DNA of 58,965 nucleotides from Candidatus Woesearchaeota archaeon. Its GTDB lineage: Archaea; Nanobdellota; Nanobdellia; Woesearchaeales; UBA10216. Below the pieces are notes generated by a model, which made no database searches, was not told the origin of the DNA, and saw only the letters and a list, made by a program, of their open reading frames with translations. The DNA lies in the NCBI GenBank assembly GCA_002688315.1, contig NZCN01000009.1:1-58965 (forward strand), given 5' to 3'. This document shows positions 57,683 through 58,965 of this stretch, one piece after another. Position 1 is the stretch's first letter. Every line of letters starts with the position of its first letter. The position numbers were made by a program, and so were the translations under genes.

Positions 57683-58870
57683 CTTTTGAGCCAAAGCGAG
57701 TATTCGCTTTGGCTTTTTTTTAATTGCATAAAATTTTCTCTGTAATTTGTCAACTTTAATTAGTTCTATTTTGTTTTTATTTATTAAACGATTTAAGACA
57801 TCTCTTACAGTAGCATTATTTATTTTTAAATTTCGTGTAATTTCATTTCGGTAACTGGTTTTGCTACGTTGTATATAAGAGAATATTTGTTGTTCATTAA
57901 GTTCAGGATTTGTTCTTAGTCTAGTAATATTAACGCTATTCTTCAGTTCTCTTGCTTTCTTTCGACCTACTTGTGTTACAAAATATCCTTTTTTATCAAT
58001 AGAAAGATATCTTTTTTGAATAAGTGTTGTAATCCTAGCATGGATAGCACGTCTACAAAGATAATTAAAGAGCTTATGTACGTCTCTTATGCTGAAAAAT
58101 TTTTCTTTTAAATCTAAAAGTTTTACCAAAGTTATTTCCCATGCTTTTGACTTAAAATTCTTAACAACATCCTCTAATCTTTTTTGATGTGATTTCAGAG
58201 CAAAGCCTATTCTTAGAAACTTAGTTACATTTTCTTTATCTCCAAAATAAAGCATGTATTTGTAACCGTAATCTTTTATATAATACTTTAAGATTTTTGA
58301 ACGTATATCAAATTTTGTGTTTAATAATTTACATAGTTCTTGCAGATACGATAAATCAACACTATGAAATCTGACATCGTTCCCTTTCCTGTAATCATAT
58401 ACTGATCCTTCCATAGCGAAAGCATAACGTAAATAAGTAATCACAACATTTTCTGGAGAGTTCCAAATCCATTTCGGAATTCTAGCATCTTCATCAGATT
58501 TATGAATATCTAAACAAGAATGTAAAAATCTAGAAAAAGTACTTCTTGAAATGTGTAACATTAAGCAACCATTCTTTTCAGTAATTCTCCCAGATATGCC
58601 GAAATATTTGTAACATATATCTGCAAACTCTTTTACTTTTTGCAAATCTTTCTTTTGCGAAAACATAACAGAAGAATAATTTTTCCCCACACACCCATCT
58701 AAAATCATAGCTGCTATTTTCGCTAAATCTTCATTCAATATTATCGGAAGTTTAATGTAAAAAGGGTATGCTTTACCGTATTGCAAACAAACGGTTCCAT
58801 TCTGTTCAGAATAATTAAGCTCTTTCGGAATATCTTTCTTTTCAATTTTAAGGTATGTTGTTTGATACAT
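57680..58870 (-). CDS. free-standing LAGLIDADG (DOD/intein-type) endonuclease-like protein with C-terminal winged-HTH domains
   Basis: LAKIAAMILDGCV and IPKWIW...YLRYAFAMEGSV motifs; HTH-like RNEITRNLKINNATVRDVLNRL; GGAGG SD before ATG 58870. Confidence 0.78.
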   Translation of the reverse strand: MYQTTYLKIEKKDIPKELNYSEQNGTVCLQYGKAYPFYIKLPIILNEDLAKIAAMILDGCVGKNYSSVMFSQKKDLQKVKEFADICYKYFGISGRITEKNGCLMLHISRSTFSRFLHSCLDIHKSDEDARIPKWIWNSPENVVITYLRYAFAMEGSVYDYRKGNDVRFHSVDLSYLQELCKLLNTKFDIRSKILKYYIKDYGYKYMLYFGDKENVTKFLRIGFALKSHQKRLEDVVKNFKSKAWEITLVKLLDLKEKFFSIRDVHKLFNYLCRRAIHARITTLIQKRYLSIDKKGYFVTQVGRKKARELKNSVNITRLRTNPELNEQQIFSYIQRSKTSYRNEITRNLKINNATVRDVLNRLINKNKIELIKVDKLQRKFYAIKKKPKRILALAQK

Positions 58871-58965
58871 TTTATTCTCCTCCAAAAACCTCAATCTAAC
58901 GTTGAGATTTCTTGCACTTGTTGAAAGAAATCTCATAGTTTGGCGAAGAGGACTTCTTAGCCAAG

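Noticed and set aside
58937-58965. GC-richer end of window (minus strand ...GGCTAAGAAGTCCTCTTCGCCAA), faintly like the terminus of a stable RNA such as RNase P RNA
   Set aside because: Only about 29 nt are visible and the match is weak; the adjacent sequence and an Rfam search are needed
1-58965. CRISPR arrays, rRNA genes, transposases, integrases
   Set aside because: None seen: no regularly spaced repeats, and no DDE, HUH or tyrosine-recombinase motifs in the ORFs

Overview
This is an AT-rich archaeal chromosomal segment with TATA/BRE promoters, PCNA, ScpB, an OB-fold SSB/RPA, RNase HII and BHB-intron tRNAs. Gene content and conserved hypotheticals suggest a DPANN archaeon, probably Woesearchaeota-like (inference). 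About 30 kb (3.1-33.7 kb) is a de novo nucleotide biosynthesis supercluster. It contains pyrD-K-B-C-E-(LOG)-F, a divergent HTH-PRTase (PurR-like) regulator, purA, a split purH, and a 15-gene purF...guaA operon with folate genes, a PurN/5-formyl-THF cyclo-ligase fusion, a PurS-PurS-PurL fusion, an internally duplicated PurE and two purP genes. A shared TGTTACA-N6-TGYACA-AAACCTATATAAA motif precedes purA and purF. The rest holds housekeeping genes, an idi-CYTH-ipk operon, a PLD gene with a displaced duplicate 3' half, a MoxR/VWA operon and three tRNAs. The most striking sequence-level finds are: an initiator tRNA-Met with three non-canonical BHB introns and a 6-nt micro-exon, abutting a free-standing LAGLIDADG-HTH gene; a candidate sRNA with an anti-Shine-Dalgarno loop; a uORF/alternative-hairpin switch between the purH halves; and two small genes missed by the ORF track. 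All product calls come from motif recognition by eye; no searches were run.
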